Below the pieces are notes generated by a model that did not search any database, was not told the DNA's origin, and was given only the letters and a program-made list of their open reading frames with translations. The position numbers and the translations under genes were made by a program. From Geosiphon pyriformis uo1 (Eukaryota > Fungi > Glomeromycota): DNA of 46,877 nucleotides. Shown here one piece after another: positions 10,137 through 23,625 of the stretch; position 1 is the stretch's first letter; the number at the start of each line of letters is the position of its first letter. The DNA is taken from NCBI GenBank assembly GCA_016748015.1, contig JAAOMT010000376.1:165104-211980 (forward strand). The letters run 5' to 3'.

Positions 10137-13117
10137 GTGGCAATCACACTAGACGCAACAACTTTAGAGTATTACCAGTCAATTTACATTCACTGCAAGC
10201 AAAGATTCAACATTCCAGATGGAATTGAAGTTGTCAAGAAATCAGTATACCAATACATTGAAAACCGCATCAACAATTATCTTTTTGGAAATTATAATAT
10301 TTCAGAAGTCAGAAGCAATCTTTACAATAATTTAGTACACTATTCACAGTTGAAAACTGAAGACCTTAACAGCAAAACACTTGCCACTTACTTTCAAGAA
10401 CTTAACTTTAACATTATCAAGTACTGTGAAGAAACATATCTAGTACAGTCTCAATACTCCATTGATTTTAAATCAGAGACAGAAACAAGCAACAAAGACA
10501 AACAAAAATTGAAGCAATACTCAAAAACCACCCCAAATACTCCAATACTACCAAAAACAAATGCCAAACATTTACAAACACCTGAACAAGAGACCAGTTC
10601 AAAAGTTCCACTTACTATCACACCTTTTCCAGCTTCATTTGCACAAGCACAAACACCTAATTCACCCTTAAATTGATTTGCAAGACTAGAAGATTTTACA
10701 TCACCCAGAAGTCTTACCAAACAACAAGAACTCCTTTAAACTAATTCCAATCTCCTTGACTTTCTAGCTGAAAATTGAAGTGAACACTCTGAGACAGCAG
10801 TGAACGAAGAAAATGACTCTGAAATATCTGAAGGAGAATTAATAGACAGTGAAAACAAGGAAGACAAAATGACAGCATACATTGCAAAAATCCCTGAATT
10901 CAATGGAGAAGACATTGAGACCAGTCCCTAAGAATGGCTTGACCAAGTTACTAAAGCTGGAGATGCAAATGGATGGAATGCTGCCAGAATGTTAAGAACA
11001 ATTTCCTACTTCCTCAAAGGAACAGCAGGTGAATGGTTCGAGAACTTGACCATCTCTTTTAATGACTGGACAGCTTTCAAAACTGCCTTTCTAGAACAAT
11101 TCACCGATAACAACACCTTAATTACACTTCGAAATCATTTTCACAATATCAAACAAGAACCCTCCGAATCTGTCATAACTTATATTGGGAGATTCAACAA
11201 ACTTCTCAGACGAATTTGCCAACTCGAAACAAATGATTATTACTCCGATGCTCAAATCTTGGATCAATTTATTGCTGGTCTCAAAGATAAATTAATTAAA
11301 AAGGTTCGTCCACATGCCCCAGAAGATTTAAACTCTACCATACAGCATGCAAAAAGATACGAAATGGCCATAGAAGAGACCAATCGCACAAAACTTGTAA
11401 ATTTGGCAATTGGAGAAACCAGCTCAGCAGCTGAGGAAAAAATTGATCAACTCACAAAGAAGATTGAAAACTATTTTACAAATCAACAACAACAGCAACC
11501 CCAAAAATATCAACCATCCCAAAGACGAAATCAAAATAACTTTGCACCACTTCCTAATAACCAGTCTCAGAATTGCCATTACTGTAGAATCTCTGGCCAC
11601 TGGAAAAGAGATTGCAGAAAGCTACAACAAGACCAACAAAATAGGAATAATCAACATTACCCTCCACCACAGCAATCTTATTATTAATCACCACCACCAG
11701 CTTACTATCTACCAAGACTCCAATACCCAAGTAACTATTATCAGCCCGCCCCACAGCCAATCCAACAGCAATACCAACAACCACCCACACAACATTATTA
11801 AGTACCTGCTCGAAAACTGATTACACAAAACCAATTTACACCACAAAACTGATACCAAGTAAACAACAATAGAATTAGTTCGAACAACCAATTGGTCCCC
11901 CAAAATTCCACTCAACCAAGATCCAATCACTATTATACTCAACCCAGTTATTTAACAATATCTGAAGAACAGAATTTTTACCATACTGCACTCTCAAAAG
12001 GTAGAGCTGCAGCACAACAACAAAACTCTTCCTATACTTCTACCACAATCCCACCAGCCAGAATTGCTGAAAATGCCAACCTTTTAGATATATTCCCATT
12101 TGAATTTGAAGCAAATGAATTACCATTCTTGCTTAGCAATGCAGCGGCTAACAAACAAAAAGCCATCACTGCAATATACACAGAAGCTGAAGTAAAAGGA
12201 AAGTCAATTCGCTTGATCTTAGACAGTGGATCTGCCAGAAGTATTATCACATATCAATTAATGCAGCAGCTAAAAAGAAATGTTGACCAACCAGCTCAGA
12301 CAATCATTGTCACTGCTGATGGCATGAAAAAAACTCCAATAGGAGAGATTGACAATTTCCCATTCACAATTGATGGAATCACCATTCCAGTCAAAGTTTT
12401 GGTCATAGATGTTCCCCAATACCAAGCTCTTGTCGGAAATGATTGGCTCCAAAAAGCCAATACAAAATTAAACTGAGAAACCCAAGAACTACAAATCTCT
12501 TACTAAGGACAACATGCCCAAGTATCTGCCACTTGTGGTATATTTAACAAATGCTCTAAAAAAGCCCCGGCTTTTGAATTTGAATCAGAAAAAGAAAAAC
12601 CAATAATTGAAACATTCATGGCTCTTGGATCAACGTCCAATTGGGCTGATAAAACTGAACAAGAACATTTTACACCACACTCTGAACCCGAAACCTCTAG
12701 ATGGAATATCCCATACTCAAAGCCAAAACCAAGGAAACAATGTCCCTATATTCCCCTTAAATGTAAGGACTGCCACAAGAAACTATTGTCAATGGGAGCC
12801 TGTATTTCACCTGAAGAAAAATATGAAAATCATACTTGTTATTACTGCAAAGCTTGCCACAGAGAATGATGGGGCCATCTAATAAAAAGAAGCAGAAAAT
12901 GGGATAACACCCCTTGTTTGACTTGTGGAGATATGCTACCAGAAGAATGCAATTGAATTAATATAGCAATGAGAAGAGGAGTCTGTGATCAGACCTGCCA
13001 ATATGCTTTATCAATTTCAAAAAAAGTAAAAAGAGGAACACTCTTTAATGCAGCATACAACAGTGCTCTTAACAAACTTTATCACTACCTTCATGATGCT
13101 GAGATGATTTTTGACCT
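10137..13117 (+). pseudogene. Gag-protease-Cys-rich polyprotein of B (single frame, premature stops)
   Basis: Retrotransposon capsid (FNGE..P.EWL, YFLKGTAGEW, FIAGL), CHYC.ISGHWKRDC knuckle, Q/P-rich linker, LILDSGSA..II protease and CxxC clusters. ORFs at 10137, 10989, 11892 and 12618 share one frame. Confidence 0.9.
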
Positions 13118-16100
13118 ACACTATTGAGTTTTCTGTAGTCTACACAAAATCGGATTTTTCCATTTTTCTTATGGACGAGTACCACTGGTGATGACCATGG
13201 ACTCATTGATGGCTGAATTAGCCCATTGTCAAGCATTCGGTTTATCTCTTGACAAATAATCTTGTGGCTGGCTGGTGGCACTCTGTATGCTTTTTGTTTA
13301 ATTGGCATTGCATCTCCAGTCTTGATTTGATGCTGGATAATGTCAGTTCGGCCAAACTCATTTTTGCTGGCAAAGATGTCATTAAACTGGTTAAGCAATA
13401 TCTTGAGTTGCATATGTTGGAGTGGATCTAAGTTTCCCATGTTCATTTGTTTCAATTGTTCTGGTTGGAACAAATAACATTCACTTTGTCCGTATATTGT
13501 TTGTGATATGATATTGACATATCCACAAAGTTGTAGAAAGTCTGAAATGGGGTTTGGTGGTTGATTCTCTATTTTAGTGTTTAAGTATCCAATAATGGTT
13601 CCAGCTGGTATTTCTATGACATTTCTTGTATTGTTGTAGATGGGAATTTTGATGTGGCTGTAATCTTTGGCTGGTATGTGGAGATTGATGAGTCCAACTT
13701 CTCCTGATTCACAAAGACTGGCTTCTGCTTCAAAAATTTGTGCTTGGTCTTTTTTCTTTCTTTCTATTGCTAACATGTACTGGTTATATGATAAAATAGA
13801 AATAGCTTGACCCATTGAGATAATTTCTCCTTGGCCAACAATTTTTTTCTTTGCCATATTAACTGGTACATCTATTTTACCCATTGATCCAAATCCCTGT
13901 ATTCCTCTTACTGTTATTTCTAATTCCTCCCTTTTTCTCACTAATACTAACTGAGCTACTCTAACCAGAGGCAGGAATATTGCCTGTGCTATCTTTTCAT
14001 TAAGCTCTATTATATAGGCCTTTTCTGAATTATTTTGTAGCATAGTGATGATATTTCTTATATATCCTGCATCAATTATTCCTTCTCTTATATTAATACC
14101 TCTTTTTGCTAAACTATTCCTAAATGCTAATTGAACCATTGTTGTTGCTGGAATTTCTAGTGCTACTTTCAGATCAATGCAGATGCATGAATGTGGTTCC
14201 AATTTGATGACCTCTTTTCTTGGATACCTTAAATTAAACCCTGCATCAGTATTATGTACACGTTCTGGCATAATACCTTCCCTATTGTCACTATATCATT
14301 TCAACTCTTGTTCCTTGGAGAGATCTGGTAGTGCAATGTATTGTTCATAGTTTAAATCGGAGTTTGAATCTGAGTTTGAATCATTTTTGTTGTCATTGCT
14401 ATTTTAAACGGAGCTGGAACCAGTGTTTTTGTCATTGTTATCGGAGTCTGGATCATGATTGATCAGTGATTCTGATTCCAATGCACAGCTGTTGATTAGT
14501 TTTTCTTCTTCAGAGATTGTGTAGATCATGCGTGGTGGTGGATTGTAAATAAGATCACAATCATCACAATATTCAAAGTCACTGGGAATTAAACAATGGC
14601 GACACAGTCTTGTATTTAACTGTGTTAGCCGTTGTTCTTGCTTTTCTCTAGTGGATGCCAAGTTTTGGTAGTGTTCATAGAACTCTTCTGGTTTCAGAAA
14701 ATTTATGACTGGCTCTGTGTCCCAGTCAAGCTCAATGGGTTCTGGTGGGTTGTTTTTAATTGTCCTGATTTCTTCTGGCAATGCGTCTTCAATTTTGGTG
14801 ATTGCCATTCACCATAATTCATCGTCGTTGTGTGGACAACTGTCCAATCGCTGTACAGCTCTTCTCCAGATGGCTTCTATAGGTGTTTCTTTCTCGATCC
14901 AGTTGCTGATGAGAATCATGTATTGGCAGAACACATCACACGTTCCTCCTCTCCCAAGAATGTTGTTTCACATTTCTTTGTCGAAGAGAGTTTCTCCACA
15001 GGCTAGACATAATGTATTATCTCATTTTCCCACTTGTTTTGGTCTTCCAAAGCATTCAATGAAACATGCATGACAATAGAACTTGGTTGCTGTCTGATAT
15101 TCTTCGTCATTGCCATAGCATGCATCCATTGACGACAATTTCTTGCTGCAATTGATGCACACTAGTTTGGGTCAACAATAGATGAATTGTTGTGATGTTG
15201 TGTATTAATAGGAGATATACGGGTTTGTTGGCAGTGGCTCTTCTTCTTTTGCTTTTTCTTTCCCTTTGTTGCTTTCTTTCCATTCCCAGTTTGGTGTCAG
15301 TTCCCATTCATCATTGTCAGTCCAGGTCAGGTCGTCTGTTTCCCAGGTAAGTTCTTCTCTTTGCTTTCCCTTGGGGTTGTCGTCTCACAATAGTATTGGC
15401 ATTAGCTCATGATGGTTTTTGTCGTCAGTCCAAGTGTCAATAGTAGTTCCACAGGTAGGTTTTTTTCTTTGTTCTTTTTTTCCATTGTTATTGTCATCCT
15501 AGGCGAGTATTGGCAACAGTTTGTTGTAGTTGATGTTGGCCCACGAGACTTGGTAAGCTTCCCAGGTAGGTTTCTCTTTCTCCTCCTCCAGTTTGATCAA
15601 TAGTTTCTCTCTTGGAGGAGTCTTGAAGTGGCCACACATGGCCAGTACACGTATGTGTTGGCCTTGATATGTTAGCTGGAGTTCCTGGATGTTCCAGTCT
15701 AACGTCGTGTTGACTTTGGATAGCCAGTCATTACCAACGAAAGCTTAGTATTGAGTGGCTTCCATCACTAGAACTTTAATGGGAGTTATGATGCCATTGA
15801 CTTCAAAAGGAAAGTCATTGATTTCACCGATTGGAGTTTTGGTTGCTCCATTGGCTGTGATGATTCTGGCACTGGCAGTTTGATTAACTTGGCAACCTAA
15901 TTGATCCATAAGTTGTCATGTGATGATGCTGCCTGCTGAACCACTGTCAAGGATCAATTTGATGGATTGTCCCTCGACTTTGGCATTAGTGTACATCATG
16001 GTGATTGGTTTGGCTTCAAGAGCAGCTCCACTAAATAATAGTGTTGTAGTTGTTTCCTTGAATTTGAATGGAAATATAGCAGCCAAAGACTCGTTTTCAG

Positions 16101-18360
16101 TAATGGTAGCAGATGGGATATTACTGGTGAGTGGTTGTTTTTGGGCGAAGGCCAGGTTATTAGTTGAGGTGTCTTCTGGGGTAATCAGGAGACTTAAATA
16201 GTTCTGGGAATTCAGGTTCTGGGGTTGACCGGCACCCGAATTCTGCTGGCATAATCCAGATGGTTGCTGTGAAGAACTAGAGATCAGTTGATGGACTACC
16301 ATTGTTGATCTCCAGCTCTGTTGAGTCATTCTTAGTCTTTGGGTTCCGTTGGATGGTAAGCTTTGGAGTGGTGTTTGGATTTGTTGGGATTGATAGATTA
16401 TTTGTGGCTGTGGTTGTTGATAAATTACTTGTGGCTGCGGTTGATAGATTGGAGCTTGATACACCAGAGACTGATAGACTGATGACTGTGTCACTGGTAG
16501 GTAAGCAGGTTGGTTTTGATTTGGATACTGATTCAGAGTTTGGAACCAGCGATTGGGGTTTTGATATTGATTTCCCGATCATTGGTTATTTAAATGCTGG
16601 TGACAGTCAATTTGGATATGTCCTTGTTTACCACAATAGTGACAGATACATGTTTCTTGTTGCCACTGTTGATTGGTCAATAAAGATGAACGTGGTTGAT
16701 TTTGGGCACGATTAGAGTTTCCTTGATTATTGCATCATTGTAGAGACTGATAAATGGCATGATTATCAGCTAAGTATTCTTTCAATCTCTTATTAATTGA
16801 TTCACTGAACTTTTCCAATTTGGAATCCAATTCAGATGATCTGTTCATTACTAGATTAACAGCTTGGGCGTGGTTAGCCTTTGACTCAACAGATTCAAAA
16901 TCTCTGGTGCATGTGACTGTATCTTAAAGTGTGCCTGGATGCAACGAACGTACATGTTGCAAGATGCTGCTGCTCAAGCCATGGATAAACTGGTTGAGTA
17001 TCTGTGGTGCTGTGAAATAATTGGCATCAATTGCTTGAATTTGGTGCAGGTTTCAATGGAAGCATTCCAGATAAGTGGTAACTGTTTCAGTTTCTCCTTG
17101 TTTCATGGTAGTAAATGTATTGACTAGGCAATTGATGCTGTTATTGTTGCTAAAGTATCTTAGAAATTCCACTTTGAAGGCATTGAAATCTTGTGGTTTA
17201 TTAACCAAGCTCTGATACCATGAATTGGTGGTATCCTTAAGAAAGTAGGGAATGGCTTGCATTGTTCAGGCATTATTTCATCCGTTGGCTGCAATGGCCT
17301 TTTCTATATCATTCAGCCATACTTGAGCATCATTCTCTTCACCAGTAAAGTTGTCAAGTTTTGCAATTGATGCGTAGGCCATTGGATCTAAGTTAAGTGG
17401 TTGTAGTGGCTATTAAAGCAATTGTTGTACTGGTTGTTGGAGTGGTAGTTGAAGTGGTTGCTGTATGGGTTCGGCTATGGAATTAATTGGCAGTTGATTG
17501 ATGACAATTACCAAAGGTAAGTTTTGCTGATTAATTAATTCAGAGTTTGGATTGTTCTGCCTTTGATGATTTGAAGTTTCGATTTCCGGATTTTTTAGAT
17601 TTAGATTTTGCTGAGTTTGAAAATTTGGGGTTTCAACTTCCGGGTTTTCAGTGATCAGGTGCTGGTAAGTGAATTCTTGATTCTCTGATTCTTCTTCCTC
17701 TTTTTCTGATTTTGCTGCTTTCCATGGATCAGAGATTCTGAAATCTGGTGGAGGCGGTGGTGATCAAAGTCCTGATAGGGTTGATGATTGCAAATTAAAT
17801 CTCTCAAAGTATTCGCCGTATGATCCTAATAATTCTGTTTTTCTTTGTCTACTTTGAAATGAGAATTGTCCAAATGCTGATGTCACAGTTGATGGGAACG
17901 TGTTTGTTGATGATATGTTGATGGCGCTTTCAGGTGTATAGTGGTAGGATGAGTTGCTTGGGGATTCAATTCTGTTTTTCTTCCAAGTAGGCAGTTGTAT
18001 TTTTCTGGATGTTACTGCTGGTGTTTGTAATTTTCCTTTGTCTTTACTAGCATATGTAATTGGATATCTTTGTTGAGTGTGATGTTCAATTTCTTTGTTG
18101 ATCTCAGCAATGATAGATGTGAAATTATGATTTGTTGGTAGGTTGGTGTTTTGAATTAATTCCTTATAGAAAGTTTCTCTTGCTGATTCAGTATTCACTG
18201 GTGTTCCTAATAAAGAAGAAATCTTTTCATTGACATAGAAATTGAAGGCTGATTCAGTGGATATATGATTGTGGTTTAATCTCAAGTATTGACAATAGTA
18301 TTGAAATAAGAATTTTGTGAATTCTAAATGGTTTGCTCCTATATTTTCTGATTCTGCCAC
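13117..18360 (-). pseudogene. Gag-PR-Cys-rich-dUTPase-RT(N) polyprotein of C (single frame)
   Basis: ORFs starting 18360, 17262, 16494, 14808 and 14271 share one frame. Motifs AIPYFL, LILDSGSAGSII, dUTPase motifs and SPWSSPVVLV.KKNGKIRFCVDYRKLN. Confidence 0.9.
13875..14271 (-). pseudogene. dUTPase domain within pol of C
   Basis: Trimeric dUTPase motifs I-V: DAGF(D)L, (S)R(S)SLA, GIIDAGY.(G)NI, KIAQAI, RGIQGFGS.G. Confidence 0.9.
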
Positions 18361-18422
18361 TTTTGGTTTGGTGTTGTCAGTGCTGGTTCTCTGTAAGATT
18401 ATACCTCACAGGAAGCACCAAA

Positions 18423-19313
18423 TGTTACAGGTGATTATTTCTGCTGTTGAATTAAATAACAACCTGTAACTTGGTGCTCAAAAGCTACTTCCGTTGATGA
18501 TGTTCTGTAAGTGTTGTATCTGAAGGTTTTGATGGAGTTCTTTGTATAATAGACAAAGATTCAATAGTGTCAATAGTAGATGTATCTTTTCAAGAGTTTT
18601 CCCAATTTCTTTCTCAGTGTGATGGCCGGATTTAGTCTGGCAGTTGTGCCCTTCTGGTAAGCTATCCGATAATATATAAAATCTTATCCTTATTTATGGG
18701 TCTTTTACCAGGCTATCCTTGACATCAATAACTCAGTGCTTAATCTTTTAATCAATTAGTATATAACAACAAAATCAAAGAAAAAAAGAAAATAAAATAA
18801 AGAAAATAAAAAATAAAGAAAATAGAAAAAATAAGCCAAGGCAATTTGATATGTTAGTATTTTATCAATAGCCGTGATCAAGAGCTATTGTTCTAGCATG
18901 GTTAAGTGTTGATTACTATCAACATGAAGTGTTGATAGTAGAGAGTGGGTTGAGATATGGAATAATTATTTATTTGATGATTGGAAACTGGAATGTTGCT
19001 TAAATTAAATCTAAACTGAGAGATCTGTCTTTTCAGCTTCTAATCCTACTACTATATATACATAATTGAGATTCCTCAATTCCTCAATTTTTTGTGACAG
19101 AAATTCTGGGATTCTTAGAATCTTGCAATTCCTGATGAGAGGAATCCTGGAATTCTGGAATTCTGCAATTCCTCGTTGAGGAATCCTGAAATTTCTGGAA
19201 TCTTGCAATTACTCTGAGAGGAATTCTGGAATTCCACATTTACTACATCTACCTCTGATTGGCTAATATCTACTGACTAATAATACTATATTTCCTATAT
19301 TCTATGAGTAACA
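18423..19313 (-). repeat. 5' LTR of element C
   Basis: Reverse complement of the family-A LTR, adjacent to the PBS at 18404-18420. Confidence 0.9.
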
Positions 19314-22300
19314 CCACAGTTTCAAGTAATTTATCAACCTTAATCAATTCAGACGCCACTCCAAAATTCAGTTAATATGACATCAGACCACTCCAGACCT
19401 AGAATCACACAAAACTGGAGATCAGCGATGGTTGTTTACCAACCAATTTCCAGTTCTTCTAACCCACCATCAGGATCGCATTCTCGGAATTCAGGTACTA
19501 GTGCCACCCAAAACCCGAATTCCCAGAACTATTTAAGTCTCCTGGTTACTCCAGAAGACGCCATTTCTAACAATTCAGAAACCAACCAACAAGCAACACT
19601 TACCAACAACATACCTCCAGCCACTGTCACCAACAATGAATCCTTAGCAGCCATCTTCTCTTTTGAATTTGAGGAACCATTCTCATTACTGTTATTTAGT
19701 GGAGCCACTCTCAAAGAGAAACCCATCACAGTAATGTATACTGATGTAAAAGTAGATAGACACCCTATTAAACTCATCCTTGATAGCAATTCAGCAGGCA
19801 GCATTATCACCAAGCAACTCATGAATCAATTAGGTTGCCGAGTTAATCAGACTGTCAGCACTAGAATTATCACTGCAGATGGTGCCACAAAAACACCTAT
19901 TGGCAAAATCAACAACTTTCCAATTAAAGTCAATAGTATTGTTATCTCCATTAAGGTTTTGGTGATGGAAGCAACTTAGTACCAAGCACTAGTTGGTAAT
20001 GATTGGCTAGTCAAAACCAACGCTGTGCTTGACTGGACCATGCAAGAACTTCAGCTCAGTCAGAATGGATGACACACATGGGTACCAGCCATATGTGGCC
20101 ACTTCAAAGCAACTAACACCATGGCACCACTAATCGATTTCAAGGAAGAGAAGCCAAAACCTACCTGAGAAGTGTACCAAATGTTATGGTTTGATGTCGA
20201 CCACAACAAACTGCTGCCAATACTCATCTGGGATGACGACAGGAAAGGAAAACAGAAGGAAGAACTTATCTGGGAAACTAATGACCTAACATAAACCGAC
20301 AATGACAAGAGTGAACTGACTTCCAGCTGAGAATGAGAAGAAAACAAAGAAGATAAAGGGAAAGAAAAAGAAAGAAAAGAAGAGACCACCCAAACCACCA
20401 TTATTTATAATACCTACACTATACCACAACGATCTAACTATTATTAACCTAAGCTTATATGCGTTGATTGCGGCAAGAAATTGTCATCAATGGGCGCATG
20501 CTGTGGCAACAATAAGAAATATTTAATGGCAACTAAGTTCTATTGCCACTCATGCATTCTTGAATGCTTTGGAAGACCAGAATGTGTAGGAAAATGGGAC
20601 AACCAATCATGCTTAACTTGTGGGGAGACCCTCTTTGACGAAGGAATGTGGAACAACATTCCTGGACGTAGAAAAACGTGCAATATATCATGTCAATACA
20701 TGATCCTCATTAACGACTGGATACAAAAAAAAATACCAATAGAAGCCACTTGGAGAAGAGCCATATAGCGATTGGACAGTTATTCACATAATGACAATAA
20801 ATTATGGTGGATGACAAGTGCTAAAATTGAAGGCACGTCACTAGAAAAAATCAGGATAATTAAAAACAATCTACCAGAATCCATCAAGCTTGACTGGGAT
20901 GCAAAGCCAGTCATAAATTTTCTGAAACCAGAAGAGTTCCATAAACACTACCAAAACTTGGCACTCACTAGAGAGAAGCAAGAACAATGGTTAGCACAGT
21001 TAAATATAAGACTGTGTCACCATTATTTAATTCCCAGTAACTTTGAATATTGTGATGATTGTGACCTCATTTACAATCCACCACCATACATGATCTACAC
21101 GATTCCTGAAGAAGAAGAACCAATCAGCAGCTGTGCATCAGAATCAGAATTGCTGATCAATCGCGATCCAGACTCCAATAATGATGACAAAAACACCAGT
21201 TCAATATGGCAACAACAATGATACTGATTCCAACTCAGATTCAAACTCCGATACAAAATATGAACAATATATTGCAATCTCTGACCTCACCAGGGAATTG
21301 GAACTAAAATGGTTCAGCAATAATGATGAGAATATCAGGCCTGAACATGTACATAATACTGATGCCGGGTTTGATCTGAGGTATTCAGGAAAAGAGGCCA
21401 TCAAATTGGAACCACATTCATGCACCTGCATTGATCTGAAAGTAGCACTAGAAATTCCAGCAACAACAATGGTTCAATTAGCATCTAAGAGTAGTTTAGC
21501 AAAAAGAGAGATTAATATAAGAAAAGGAATAATTGATGTGGAATATGTAGGAAATATTATTACTATGCTACAAAATAACTCAGAAAAGGCCTATATAATA
21601 GAGCCCAATAAAAAGATAGCACAGGCAATATTCCTGTTTCTGGTTAGAGTAACTCAGTTAGTATCAGTGGGAAAGAGGGAGGAATTGGGAATAACAGTCA
21701 GAGGAATACAGGGATTCAGATCAACAGGTAGAATAGATGTGTCAGTCAATATGGCAGAGGAAAAAATTGTTGATCAAGAAGAAATTATCTCAACGGGTCA
21801 AGCAATTTCCATTCCACCATATGGCCAGTACATAGTAGGAATAAAATGGAAAGTAAAAGAACAGAATCAGATTTTTGAAACAGAACCAACCCTTTGTGAA
21901 TCAGGAGAGATTGGACTCATCAATCTCTACCAACCAGCCAAAGATTACAGCCACATCAAAATTCCCATCTACAATAACACAAAAAATGTCATAGTAATAC
22001 CAGCCGAAACTATCATTGGATACTTAAACACTGAAATAAAAGATCAACCACCAAACCCCATTCCAGACTTTTCACAACTTTGTGGATATGTTGACATTAC
22101 ATCACAAACAATCTATGGACAAGATGAATGTTATTTGCTCCAACCAGAACAATTAGAACAAATGAACATGAGAAATCTAGACCCACTACAATGTATGTAG
22201 CTCAAAATGTTACTCAACAATTTCAATAACATCTTTGCCAGCAAAAACAAATTTGGCAGAACTGACATTATCCAACATCAAATCAAGACTGGAGATGCAA

Positions 22301-23562
22301 TGCCAATCAAACAGTGAGCATACAGAATACCACCAGCCAGCCATGAAATCATCTGTCAAGAGATCAACTGAATGCTAGACAATAAGTTAATTCAGCCATC
22401 AATAAGCCCATGGTCGTTACCAGTAGTACTCATTTATAAGAAGAATGGAAAGATCCGATTTTGTGTAAACTACAGGAAACTAAATAGTATAACTCATGGA
22501 GACAGCTATCCAACTCCATGGATACAAGAACTATTTAATGTGTTTGGTGGAAATAAATAGTTTTCAACGTTAGACTTAGATAGTGGTTACTGGCAAGTAG
22601 CCATAGATCCAGCCGACAAAGAGAAAACAGCATTTACCACAAGAGAAAAGAATTTCGAATTTGAAGTAATGCCATTTGGCTTAACCAATGCCCCAGCCAC
22701 CTTCTAATGGTTAATGGAAATTGTTTATACTGGCTTACTGTGGAAATTAGTAGTTGTATACTTGGACAACACCAATATATTCTCAAAAACATTTGATGAT
22801 CATCTTCATCATCTTCAACGAGTGTTCAAAAAACTAAAAAGAGCAGGACTAAAGTTAAATGCAACAAAGTGCTTCTTTAGCAAGACAGAACTAAAATTTT
22901 TAAGACACATAGTCAGTAAAGATGGCATCAAAACGGATTCAGAGAAAATAAAGATAGTAAAGAACTTTCTAGTGCTGACCAATATGACAGAACTGAAATT
23001 ATTCTTGGGATTCACTAGCTACTATCGACATTTTATTAAGAACTTTTCCAAGATAGTGCAGCCACTCAACCAACTGCAAACCAAAAATACAAAATACGAA
23101 TGGACAAAAAGTCAACAAGAAGCTTTTGATATTCTGAAAAGAAATTTTATTCAAGCTCCAGTACTGATCTATCCAAATTACAGCAAATCATTCATTATTA
23201 CCACTGATGCATCCGGTCAAGCATTGGAAGCAGTACTATCTCAGAGAGGAACAAACAGCAGAGAACATCCAGTAGCATATGCCAGCAGAGGTTTAACACC
23301 AGCCAAAAAGAACTATAAAACACCAGAACAAGAACACTTAGCAATATACTAGGCAGTTATGAAATGGAAAGAATACTTAAGCCAGAAGTTTGAAGTATAC
23401 ACAGATCACAAAGGGTTAACATCACTTCAAAAACAAGAATTTGGAGATGGAAGACAGTTAAGATGGAAAATTGCACTCACACCATATAATTATACTATAC
23501 ATTATAAAAAGGAAAAAGATAATGAAAATGCTGATGGTTTGTCACAAATGAGACAAATCTAA
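19314..23562 (+). pseudogene. Gag C-terminus, protease, Cys-rich domain, dUTPase (~21340-21730), RT and RNase H of element A
   Basis: LILDS.SAGSII, CxxC clusters (~20460-21065), DAGFDL..GIID..Y.GNI..AQAI..RGIQGF.STG, RT and RH motifs. One frameshift near 21200 and many C>T stops. Ends ..LSQMRQI-TAA. Confidence 0.9.
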
Positions 23563-23625
23563 GAACATTTCAAATCCAAAAATATAACAAAACCAGAACA
23601 ATACTAACAAAAAATATAACAAAAG

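Larger units (their letters stand above)
9111..13117 (+). mobile_element. LTR retrotransposon B (divergent sister family), 5' half only, inserted into the RT of C
   Basis: LTR at 9111-10091 (TGTTA...GTAACA), PBS TGGTGCTC, then gag, CCHC knuckle, protease and Cys-rich domain. Abrupt junction to C at ~13117. Confidence 0.85.
7249..19313 (-). mobile_element. LTR retrotransposon C (family A), nested in A in opposite orientation; 3' end deleted; RT interrupted by element B
   Basis: 5' LTR at 19313-18423, then PBS and gag-PR-Cys-dUTPase-RT(N) at 18360-13117. RT resumes at 9110 (KWF..LDL.SGYWQ), followed by RH and IN down to 7249. Confidence 0.85.

Noticed and set aside
6266-19317. Inverted LTRs at 6270 and 19313 both flanked by CCAC, suggesting one inverted-terminal (DIRS/TIR-like) element
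   Set aside because: The two flanks are unrelated (LINE vs gag), each LTR has its own PBS, and no tyrosine recombinase is present. Opposite-orientation nesting explains it better.
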